Source of the DNA: Alphaproteobacteria bacterium
Lineage (GTDB): Bacteria; Pseudomonadota; Alphaproteobacteria; SP197
Direction: 5' to 3'
DNA: 64,000 nt
Assembly (NCBI GenBank): GCA_965228895.1
Contig: OZ245842.1
Coordinates: 3,776,001 to 3,840,000, forward strand
Shown: piece by piece, positions 55,794 to 64,000 of the stretch
How the letters are laid out: every line of letters starts with the position of its first letter
How positions within the stretch are numbered: the stretch's first letter is position 1
Translations under genes and position numbers: made by a program
The notes under the pieces: generated by a model
What the model saw: only the letters and a program-made list of their open reading frames with translations
Database searches by the model: none
Told to the model about the DNA's origin: nothing

Positions 55794-58700
55794 TTGGCTC
55801 TTCTCGCTGCAACCCAAATTCCAAAACCTGCTGACGAACAGGCGTTCGAGCGTGCGTCGGTTGTATTGTGGCAGAATCTACTCAACGATCCAAACGTCAA
55901 GAAGAATGGCCGCCGCGGTCAACGACAAAACGGAGTGGACCTCTACGGGGTTCGAAACGCTGACCCCGAACATCTCGTTGGTGTTCAGTGCAAACTAAAA
56001 GGCTCAAACAGAGAGCTGAAGGAACAAGAGGTCCGTGACGAGGTCGATCTGGCGCTGACGTTCAAGCCCAAGCTCCGCGAATTCTTCATAACGACGACTG
56101 CACCAGACGATACTAATCTAGACGAGCTAGCACGCGAACTTTCGGTAGACCTGAGCAAAAGGGGTTACCAACTGGTCGTTCACGTGTGGGGGTGGAATAC
56201 ACTAGAAGAAAAGATCCAAGAGTTTCCCGACGCCTTAAACGCGTTTGATCCATCCCACAGCGCGTTCAGTAGTCAACTAGACGACAAGATTGACAAACTG
56301 TCGTCGGACTTGGTTGGACCAAGTGGCTTTATAGCCGAACTCCAGTCTACAGTCTTACGCATAGAAACAGGAATTCGAGACAGACCAAGTGATGCTGGGC
56401 ACTCGTCAGATGACTTTGATTCTCATCTTGATGCCGAGATCGATGACTTCCGAAGGATATCAATCGAAGGCAAACCACACACCGCACTTTCACTACTCTC
56501 AAATCTTCAAGAACGTGTAGAGCCGAATGCATCCGGTCGAATACTCTTTCGTATCAAAGCAAACATTGGAAGTTGCTATTTTCAGTTGGGTGAAACCGAC
56601 AAGGCTGCCAGTCTGCTAGCCGAGGCCTACGAGCACTGCCCAAACGACCCAAAAGCGATTGCCAACAAGGGGCTGTCGTTACTGCTGCAAGGAAACTGGC
56701 AGACCCTCCTGGAGTTTGGTGCTGAAGCTCTAAGACAAGACCCTACCAATGATGGAATAGCAGGCTACTTGGTACAGGCCGCACGCTTTGATGCAACGAT
56801 CGACGAGCCACTTGACCTAGTCCCGGATGAACTGAAGGGATCCGCTGCAGTGGCCATTGGTCGCATAGACTTTCTCAGGTCACGTGGCGCAACAGCTGAA
56901 TGGAGAAGAGCCGCACTAGATGCAAGAACCGCTTACCCGGACGACGATCAAATTGGACAGTTCGCTGCAGAAGCTGCCCTCGACGAAGTAGTCCAAAGCG
57001 CCAACTTTCAGCGGTCAGGCTTGCTCGATGACAAGCAAAAGGAGGAGGTCGCAGCGGCAATTCAGACACTAGGCCAGCTTTGGGAGCGCGCACTCAACAG
57101 TGAGCGAACAGTGCGACCAGAAGAAGTCGCTCTCTGCTGCAATCTCATCGCGGCATACGACGCTCTCGGTGATTCGAGCACGGCGTTGGAGATCGCCAGG
57201 CAAGGTATAGAAGTTGCCCGGCACGACATGGACCTTGCGTTACGAACCGCCGCCATTGCGATAGACAATCACGAAGATGAACTCGCAGAAGGGCTGTTGC
57301 CAAGCCTTCCTGACGGACCAGCTGCGGCGGTTCTTCGATTCCGTTTCTACGCCCAGGCTAGTGAGTGGCAGAAGGTAGTCGAACTTTGTAAGGACAGTGT
57401 TGAACTGCTCCCTGAAGTGGAGCGCACTTTGATAACGGCCACAGCGCGCCTTTCAGAAATACACCTTAACCCCGGTGATGACTCCTACTCCCGCCTAGAC
57501 AAAGTGATTTCCGATGTAGCGGAAGATGCAAGAGCATCCGTCGTGGCCGCAGACTTCGCCAGCATGCAAGGGCATGATGATCTTGCTGGCAGGGCATACA
57601 GCAATGCCAAGGCTCAGATAAATGACCACAGTCACATAGCTGGTCGGATGATGACAGCAATGTACGCCGCGAGGATCAATGACTGGTCCGTGGTTGCAGA
57701 TCTTCTGGACGGCCACATTGACGAAAGCTCTGAGAGCGATGAATTGCACGCTCTATCCATAGCGCTTGCAAACGAAATCCCAGTTCGGGATCGGGCGGTT
57801 CGATTCTTTAGCCGGCTTCCTGCAGCTATTGCTGATCTCGCCTTTTATCGACACGCAGCTGGAGTAATGCACTTCAATCGCGGCTCGTTGGACGAAGCCG
57901 AAACCAACTTGATGAGGGCTATTAAACGTGATCCGCGTGTCGATACTTATCTGGTCCTATTCGCAACGCTTCGGCGAATGGATAGAAGTGACGACATAGT
58001 ATCAATTCTAAACTCGGTTAACCCTGAGTCTTTGGATGGTGCGGCCGGTCCGAAGATGCGACTTGCGCAAGAAATGTGCCAGGCAGGTCAAGGCGCTCGA
58101 TCCTTAAAGTACGCATACGACGTTCTCAAGGCCGCAAGGAATGACCCGGAATCATCGCTTTTGTACATGGGGCTAATCCTGTCCGACCGATCCGGTGAAC
58201 TTTTGCCGATGTCAGATAGCGTCAGCCTCGATGCTTGGGTTCGCATCGAGAACCATAACGGTGAAAGCTTTGATTTCATAATTGAGCAAGGTGAGGATCG
58301 CCCAGCCGAGGGGTTTCTTAGCCCACACCATGCAATAGTTTCCGCTAGTCTCGGAATGAAGGTTGGCGAAACGTTCATTCAAGAAGCTGCGATTGGCGAG
58401 AGAACTACGTGGCGTATCGTTGAGATAAAGCACAAGTACCTACACTTGCTTCATGACGTTATGGAGAATTTCCAAACCCGTTTTCCGGACGCACAGGGCT
58501 TTCACCGCTTTACATCGGAGAATGGAAACATTGAACCGATGCTTCAGGACATTCGGAACCGTGCGGAGGCCAATCGTCAAATTGCTGACTTCTACCTCCA
58601 GCAACACCTGCCAATGGCATTTGTTGCCCCTCAAATGGGTGGCAATGAGATAGAGCTTGCCGACTACGTTCGATACCTCGGTGAAGAAGTTCGAGTTTGC

Positions 58701-59762
58701 ATCGGAACAGATGCTGAGCGACTTGGTGCCCTATCATTGATCGATAGCCTCCGTTCAAACGGCGCAGTTCTCGACAACTACACTGCGTGGACAGCGGCAA
58801 ACATGGACATCTTAGATGTTCTTGTCGAAGTGTTTGGAAGAGTCCTTGTGCCCCAATCGGTCATCGACGAGCTCCGGATACACAAAGAAGAAGTTAAGCA
58901 ACTTGAGGGCTCCACGCTGGTCGCCTGGAAAGATGATGAGTTTGTGAGGCAACAACACACGAGCAACGAAATCTCGAAGCGAACAGCACATATCGAAGAG
59001 CAAATCCAAAAAATAGTCCGGCACTGCACGGTCGCCTCAAGTACGGCGCCAGATGAACCATCCCAAGTCGCCTCTGCTGTAACGGCAGCCTTCGGCGGTC
59101 ATGTTCTCGATCCTGCGAACTTAGCTTCTGACAGAAAACTCCTCATATCGGAAGATATCTACTATCGGCAGCATGCGGATGCAGCGGTATCAGCTAAGGG
59201 GGTATGGCTTCTGGTCGTCCTGGAGTACGCACTTTCGCATGGACTGATTACTCGGATGCGATTTGCGGACGCAGTGGCGCAACTCGCACTTAGGCGTCAC
59301 GGTTACGTATTGCTTAGAGTCGAAACGCTTCATGATGTCTTGAAGAGCGACGGGACACCGAGATTAGATTACTTCTCTGCCGTGGCCGAGTACATTGCCC
59401 CCGATAGTGCCGACATCAGACTTCACACGATATTCGCAGGCCTCTTTCTTGGCCAAGTCTGGGCTAATCCGTGGGTCGTCACTTTAAAAGAAAGACGTGC
59501 TACAGGTGTGGTTCTTAGCCGACTCGTTCACCGCAAAGGCAGCAACGGATCTATGGTCCTTGCGCTGCTCATCAAACATGCAAACGGAGCGCTTAGACGG
59601 TACATTCTAGATTGGATGGAAGGTCATTTTGTCAGCTTATCGACGGTAGAGCGGTGCCTTGTCGACGTTGTTGATCATCAAGCAAGAAGATACCTGTTAG
59701 AACTTACAGAGCCAAAACCGATCCGCGCGCTTGCTTCGACGAACTGGCCTCTTAACGACTAA
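55794..59762 (+). CDS. Mrr/Cap4-like nuclease - TPR - GreA/B C-terminal - PIN multidomain protein, candidate anti-phage defence
   Basis: 'GQRQNGVD...GVQCK'; TPR helices; 'LGMKVGETF...WRIVEIKHKY'; 'AVLD...VPQSVIDEL...LISED'; lower GC; start uncertain (55668-55794). Confidence 0.8.
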   Translation: MALLAATQIPKPADEQAFERASVVLWQNLLNDPNVKKNGRRGQRQNGVDLYGVRNADPEHLVGVQCKLKGSNRELKEQEVRDEVDLALTFKPKLREFFITTTAPDDTNLDELARELSVDLSKRGYQLVVHVWGWNTLEEKIQEFPDALNAFDPSHSAFSSQLDDKIDKLSSDLVGPSGFIAELQSTVLRIETGIRDRPSDAGHSSDDFDSHLDAEIDDFRRISIEGKPHTALSLLSNLQERVEPNASGRILFRIKANIGSCYFQLGETDKAASLLAEAYEHCPNDPKAIANKGLSLLLQGNWQTLLEFGAEALRQDPTNDGIAGYLVQAARFDATIDEPLDLVPDELKGSAAVAIGRIDFLRSRGATAEWRRAALDARTAYPDDDQIGQFAAEAALDEVVQSANFQRSGLLDDKQKEEVAAAIQTLGQLWERALNSERTVRPEEVALCCNLIAAYDALGDSSTALEIARQGIEVARHDMDLALRTAAIAIDNHEDELAEGLLPSLPDGPAAAVLRFRFYAQASEWQKVVELCKDSVELLPEVERTLITATARLSEIHLNPGDDSYSRLDKVISDVAEDARASVVAADFASMQGHDDLAGRAYSNAKAQINDHSHIAGRMMTAMYAARINDWSVVADLLDGHIDESSESDELHALSIALANEIPVRDRAVRFFSRLPAAIADLAFYRHAAGVMHFNRGSLDEAETNLMRAIKRDPRVDTYLVLFATLRRMDRSDDIVSILNSVNPESLDGAAGPKMRLAQEMCQAGQGARSLKYAYDVLKAARNDPESSLLYMGLILSDRSGELLPMSDSVSLDAWVRIENHNGESFDFIIEQGEDRPAEGFLSPHHAIVSASLGMKVGETFIQEAAIGERTTWRIVEIKHKYLHLLHDVMENFQTRFPDAQGFHRFTSENGNIEPMLQDIRNRAEANRQIADFYLQQHLPMAFVAPQMGGNEIELADYVRYLGEEVRVCIGTDAERLGALSLIDSLRSNGAVLDNYTAWTAANMDILDVLVEVFGRVLVPQSVIDELRIHKEEVKQLEGSTLVAWKDDEFVRQQHTSNEISKRTAHIEEQIQKIVRHCTVASSTAPDEPSQVASAVTAAFGGHVLDPANLASDRKLLISEDIYYRQHADAAVSAKGVWLLVVLEYALSHGLITRMRFADAVAQLALRRHGYVLLRVETLHDVLKSDGTPRLDYFSAVAEYIAPDSADIRLHTIFAGLFLGQVWANPWVVTLKERRATGVVLSRLVHRKGSNGSMVLALLIKHANGALRRYILDWMEGHFVSLSTVERCLVDVVDHQARRYLLELTEPKPIRALASTNWPLND

Positions 59763-59873
59763 CCTGCTCTACGAGAGAAACAGCGTATGTTGGTATACAC
59801 GAATGGCCTTCCCAGCATCGGACCACTCTCTATTACGTACTCGGTTTAACCTAGCCGCTAACCGGGACACCCC

Positions 59874-62800
59874 ATGACCCTCGCCGACGTCGCGTTGGAC
59901 GATCGTTACGCCCTCCAAGAGGGACGGGTGCTCATGTCGGGCACCCATGCGCTGGTGCGCCTGCCTATGTTGCAGCATGCCCGGGATAAGGCGGCCGGCC
60001 TCAACACCGGCGCCTATGTCACGGGCTATCGCGGTTCGCCGCTGGGCGCGATCGACATGGCGCTGTGGCAGGCCGGGCGCTTTGCCGATGACGCCGGCAT
60101 CCGGTTCAATCCCGGCGTCAACGAGGACCTGGCGGCGACGGCGGTCTGGGGGACGCAGCAGACGCATCTCTTCGACGACGCCACCGTCGACGGCGTCTTC
60201 GCCATGTTCTACGCCAAGGGGCCGGGCATCGACCGGTCGGGCGATGCGCTGAAGCACGGCAACACGGCGGGCACGTCGCCCCATGGCGGGGTCCTGGTGC
60301 TGGCGGGCGACGACCACACCTGCAAGTCCTCGACCTCCGCGCACCAAAGCGAGTTTGCGCTGGTCGACGCCATGATCCCGATCCTGCACCCGGCGGGCGT
60401 CCAGGAGTTCCTGGATCTGGGCCTACACGGCTGGGCGATGTCGCGCTTCACCGGGCTTTGGACCGGCTTCAAGCTGGTGTCCGAAACCGTCGACACGACG
60501 GCGACGGTGGCGATCGACCCCGCCCGGGTCCGCATCGTGCTGCCGTCAGACGCAGCCCTGCCGCCGGAAGGCGTGCACCTGCGCCTGCCCGACGACGCGC
60601 TCGCCAAGGAGGAACGCCTGCACCGCTATAAGCTCGACCTGGCGACGGCCTACGTACGCGCCAACCGGCTCGACCAGCGGGTGTTCGGGAAGGCCGACGC
60701 CCGGCTCGGCATCGTGACGACGGGGAAGTCCTATCTGGATGTACGCCAGGCGCTCGACGAGATCGGACTGACGCCGGGGCTGGCCGAGGAGCTGGGTGTG
60801 GCGCTCTACAAGATCGCCATGCCGTGGCCGCTGGAGCCCGAAGGCATCGCGGACTTCGCCTCGGGCCTCGACGAGATCCTGGTGGTCGAGGAAAAACGCG
60901 CGCTGATCGAACCGCAGATCCGCGACCAGCTCTATCACTTGGCCGACGGCAAGCGCCCGCTGGTCATCGGCAAGAAGGACGAGGCGGGCGCCACCATCCT
61001 GCCGTCCTGGGACGAGCTGTCGCCCGCCATGATCGGCGACGTCATCGCCCGGCGTCTGGCGCGCTTCGGTATCGGCGGCGAACTCGCCGAACGCGCGGCG
61101 CGGCTCAAACAGAAACTCAGCGCCGAGAAAGGCGACGCCGCGCCGATCTCGCGCATCCCCTATTTCTGTTCGGGCTGCCCGCACTCCTCCTCGACCCGGG
61201 TGCCCGACGGCAGCCAAGCCTTCGCCGGCATTGGCTGCCACTATCTCGTCCAGTCGATGGACCGCGACACCCTCACCTTCACCCAGATGGGCGCGGAGGG
61301 CGCCAACTGGAACGGCCTCTTCCCGTTCCGCGAGGCCGACCACGTCTTCGTCAATATCGGCGACGGCACCTATGTGCATTCGGGGTCGCTGGCGATCCGC
61401 GCGGCGGTCTCGGCCGGCGTCAACGTCACCTATAAGATCCTCTATAACGACGCCGTCGCCATGACCGGCGGCCAGGCGCCCGAAGGCCACCCGACGGTGC
61501 CGCAGATCACGCACCAATTGTTCGGCGAAGGCGTCAAACGCATCGCCGTCGTCACCGACGAGCCCGACAAGTACCCGGCCGATGCCGGTTTCGCCAAGGG
61601 CGTCAGTGTGCATGACCGCAAGGACCTCGACCGTGTCCAGCGCGACCTGCGCGAGGTGAAGGGCGTCTCCGCGCTGATCTACGATCAGGTCTGCGCCACG
61701 GAGAAACGCCGGCGGCGCAAGCGCGGGACGATGGCCGATCCCGACAAGCGCGTCTTCATCAACGAAGCCGTGTGCGAGGGCTGCGGCGATTGCGGCCTCA
61801 CCTCCAACTGCCTCTCGGTCCAGCCGGTCGAAACGGCGTTCGGCAGGAAACGCCAGATCGACCAGTCGTCGTGCAACAAGGATTTCACCTGTGTCGACGG
61901 CTTTTGCCCGAGCTTCGTGACGGTCGAAGGCGCTGCTGTCAGGAGACCCGCCGAGACTGCCATCGACCCCGCCCTGTTTGCCGCCCTGCCCGATCCCGAC
62001 AGGCCCGACCTCGCGCGGCCGTGGTCGATCCTGATCGCCGGCGTCGGCGGCACCGGCGTCGTCACCATCGCGCAACTGTTGGGCATGGCGGCACACCTCG
62101 AAGGCAAGGGCGTCGCGGTGCTCGACCAGATCGGGCTCGCGCAAAAATACGGCGGCGTCACCAGCAACGTGCGCATCGCCGCCGAACCGGGCGACCTCTT
62201 TGCGTCGAAGATCGGCGTCGGCGGCACGGACCTGCTGCTCGGCTGCGACCTCGTGCAGGCGGCGAGCGCCGACGTCATCGCGCGGCTGGCGGATGACCGC
62301 AGCAACGCCATCGTCAACAGCCACGAGACGCCGACCGGCGATTTCACCCGCCAGCCGGACGCGCCGCTGTTCGGCGATGTCCTGCGCGCGCGCATCGAAA
62401 AGGCGTGCGGTCCCAACCACACCCGCTTCGACGATGTGGCGGCCATCGGCACGGCGCTCTTCGGCGACAGCATCGTCAGCAACATCATGCTGCTCGGCCT
62501 CGCCTATCAGATGGGCGTGGTGCCGCTCTCGGCCGAGGCCATCGAACGCGCGGTCGCGCTGAACGGCACGGCGATCGACCAGAACATCGCCGCGTTCCGC
62601 ACCGGACGTCTGTTGGGCCACGACGCCGAGAAGGTCACGAAGCTCGCCGAGGCCGCGCGTCCGGCCTTACCCCACCGCCACATCCCCGAAAACCTCGCCG
62701 ACCTCATGGCGCTCCATCAGCGCCACCTCACCGCCTACCAGAACGCCGCCTATGCGGAGCGCTACACCGCGCTGGTCGAAAAGGTGCGCGCCGCCGAGGC

Positions 62801-63353
62801 GAAGGCCCTGCCCGGCCACGACGACCTCGCCCAGACGGTCGCGAAGAGCTACCTCAAGCTGCTCGCCTATAAGGACGAATACGAAGTCGCGCGGCTTTAT
62901 GGCGACAGCGCCTTCGCCCGCCAGCTCGCGCAAACCTTCGACGGCTCCATGAAACTCCACGTCCATCTGGCGCCGCCCCTGCTGGCGCGCACGGACCCGG
63001 CGACGGGAAGACCTGAAAAACGGACGTTCGGGCCGTGGATCCTGCCGGTCTTCGGCTTTCTGGCGAAACTCAAAGGCCTGCGCGGCACCGCCTTCGATCC
63101 CTTCGGCTACTCGGCCGAACGCAAGATGGAGCGGCGGTTGATCACCGACTTCGAGGCCGATGTCGCGCTGATCCTCGACCATCTCGACGCCGGCAACCAT
63201 GCGCTCGCCTCAGAACTCGCTGCCTTGCCCCAGGCCATGCGTGGCTTCGGACCGGTCAAAAAAGCGAACGTCGAGAAAGCCGAACAGCGCCGGCCGGCCT
63301 TGCGCGACGCCTTGATCGGTGGTGGTGTTGGCCGAGCCGAAGCCGCGCAATAA
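59874..63353 (+). CDS. Indolepyruvate ferredoxin oxidoreductase family, fused alpha/beta
   Basis: 'GYRGSPLG', 'NEDLAAT', 'FCSGCPH', 'GDGT', 'CEGCGDC', 'AYKDEYEVARL'. Confidence 0.95.
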   Translation: MTLADVALDDRYALQEGRVLMSGTHALVRLPMLQHARDKAAGLNTGAYVTGYRGSPLGAIDMALWQAGRFADDAGIRFNPGVNEDLAATAVWGTQQTHLFDDATVDGVFAMFYAKGPGIDRSGDALKHGNTAGTSPHGGVLVLAGDDHTCKSSTSAHQSEFALVDAMIPILHPAGVQEFLDLGLHGWAMSRFTGLWTGFKLVSETVDTTATVAIDPARVRIVLPSDAALPPEGVHLRLPDDALAKEERLHRYKLDLATAYVRANRLDQRVFGKADARLGIVTTGKSYLDVRQALDEIGLTPGLAEELGVALYKIAMPWPLEPEGIADFASGLDEILVVEEKRALIEPQIRDQLYHLADGKRPLVIGKKDEAGATILPSWDELSPAMIGDVIARRLARFGIGGELAERAARLKQKLSAEKGDAAPISRIPYFCSGCPHSSSTRVPDGSQAFAGIGCHYLVQSMDRDTLTFTQMGAEGANWNGLFPFREADHVFVNIGDGTYVHSGSLAIRAAVSAGVNVTYKILYNDAVAMTGGQAPEGHPTVPQITHQLFGEGVKRIAVVTDEPDKYPADAGFAKGVSVHDRKDLDRVQRDLREVKGVSALIYDQVCATEKRRRRKRGTMADPDKRVFINEAVCEGCGDCGLTSNCLSVQPVETAFGRKRQIDQSSCNKDFTCVDGFCPSFVTVEGAAVRRPAETAIDPALFAALPDPDRPDLARPWSILIAGVGGTGVVTIAQLLGMAAHLEGKGVAVLDQIGLAQKYGGVTSNVRIAAEPGDLFASKIGVGGTDLLLGCDLVQAASADVIARLADDRSNAIVNSHETPTGDFTRQPDAPLFGDVLRARIEKACGPNHTRFDDVAAIGTALFGDSIVSNIMLLGLAYQMGVVPLSAEAIERAVALNGTAIDQNIAAFRTGRLLGHDAEKVTKLAEAARPALPHRHIPENLADLMALHQRHLTAYQNAAYAERYTALVEKVRAAEAKALPGHDDLAQTVAKSYLKLLAYKDEYEVARLYGDSAFARQLAQTFDGSMKLHVHLAPPLLARTDPATGRPEKRTFGPWILPVFGFLAKLKGLRGTAFDPFGYSAERKMERRLITDFEADVALILDHLDAGNHALASELAALPQAMRGFGPVKKANVEKAEQRRPALRDALIGGGVGRAEAAQ

Positions 63354-63379
63354 CACCAGACAAAGAAAGGTCTTTTGCC

Positions 63380-64000
63380 ATGGCGGATGAAACGAACGGC
63401 GTCGCGTTGATTGTCGGCGCGGGCGCTGGTTTGGGTGGCGGCCTGGGCCGCCGGTTTGCCGCGGCCGATATGGGCGTGGCGCTCGCGTCGCGCAACGAGG
63501 CGAACGCCACGCGGCTCGCCGGCGAGGTCGCCAAGATCGCCGGCAGCACCGTGCGCGGCTATGGATGCGACGCCACCAACGCCGACGACGTCACCGACCT
63601 CTTCGACAGCGTGACCTCCGATATCGGCGAACCCAATGTCGTCGTCTATAACGCCAGCGGTTTCCTTATGAAGTCGATCCTGGAGATCGATCCCGACGAA
63701 CTCGCCGAGCAGTGGGAGGTCACCTGCCTGGGCGGCTTCCTGATCGGGCGCGAGGCCGCGCGGCGCATGGTCGAACGCAAGACCGGCGGCACGATCATCT
63801 TCACCGGCGCGACCGCCTGTTACAAAGGCTCGGCCAACTTCGCCGGCTTCGCCATCGGCAAGTTCGGCTTAAGGGCGCTCGCTCAAAGCATGGCGCGCGA
63901 GCTCGGACCGCGCGGCGTGCACGTCGCCATCGTCAACATCGACGGCGAGATCAACGGCCCGCATCACGCGCACGAGATCGAAGACCGAGGCGTCGATGCC
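63380..64000 (+). CDS. SDR-family oxidoreductase (3' truncated by window)
   Basis: MADETNGVALIVGAGAGLG..., 'YNAS', 'FTGATA', 'LAQSMARELGPRGVHVA'. Confidence 0.9.
   Translation, partial: MADETNGVALIVGAGAGLGGGLGRRFAAADMGVALASRNEANATRLAGEVAKIAGSTVRGYGCDATNADDVTDLFDSVTSDIGEPNVVVYNASGFLMKSILEIDPDELAEQWEVTCLGGFLIGREAARRMVERKTGGTIIFTGATACYKGSANFAGFAIGKFGLRALAQSMARELGPRGVHVAIVNIDGEINGPHHAHEIEDRGVDA

Noticed and set aside
55575-59873. Integron cassette interpretation of the defence gene
   Set aside because: No convincing attC (paired RYYYAAC...GTTRRRY palindrome) and no integrase in the window
60546-62621. 691-aa antisense ORF within IOR (likewise 40493-42049, 46547-47989, 49669-51309, 42608-43948, 32769-34133)
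   Set aside because: Stop-free antisense frames are expected opposite high-GC, codon-biased genes; no protein motifs

Overview
High-GC alphaproteobacterial chromosome segment containing a complete minus-strand rRNA operon (16S-tRNA-Ile-tRNA-Ala-23S-5S-tRNA-fMet, ~12.7-18.0 kb). Downstream of tRNA-fMet lies a ~3.1 kb integrase-less islet, bounded by a 28-bp duplication of the tRNA 3' end (9580-9607 and 12710-12737). It carries a likely frameshifted serine-recombinase relic, a frameshifted IclR, an orphan polyamine-type binding protein and a GNAT. Next to it is a BetI-like TetR / histidine phosphatase / peptide-type ABC transporter module with a duplicated operator. The rest is mostly housekeeping and catabolic genes: an M23 peptidase with six repeated N-terminal domains, an atypical CoA-transferase pair, MFS and regulators, a creatinase-like M24 plus PhyH, pepF, a UbiB-like kinase, ppa, two bactofilins, a sigma54 activator, an unknown protein plus DUF3726, a TPR-ATP-grasp protein, rhlE and a fused IOR. 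The most striking accessory feature is a lone lower-GC ~4 kb gene between rhlE and IOR. It encodes a nuclease-TPR-GreA/B-PIN protein (candidate anti-phage system) and is flanked by inverted, dif-like sequences. All family calls are by motif recognition only; no database search was run.
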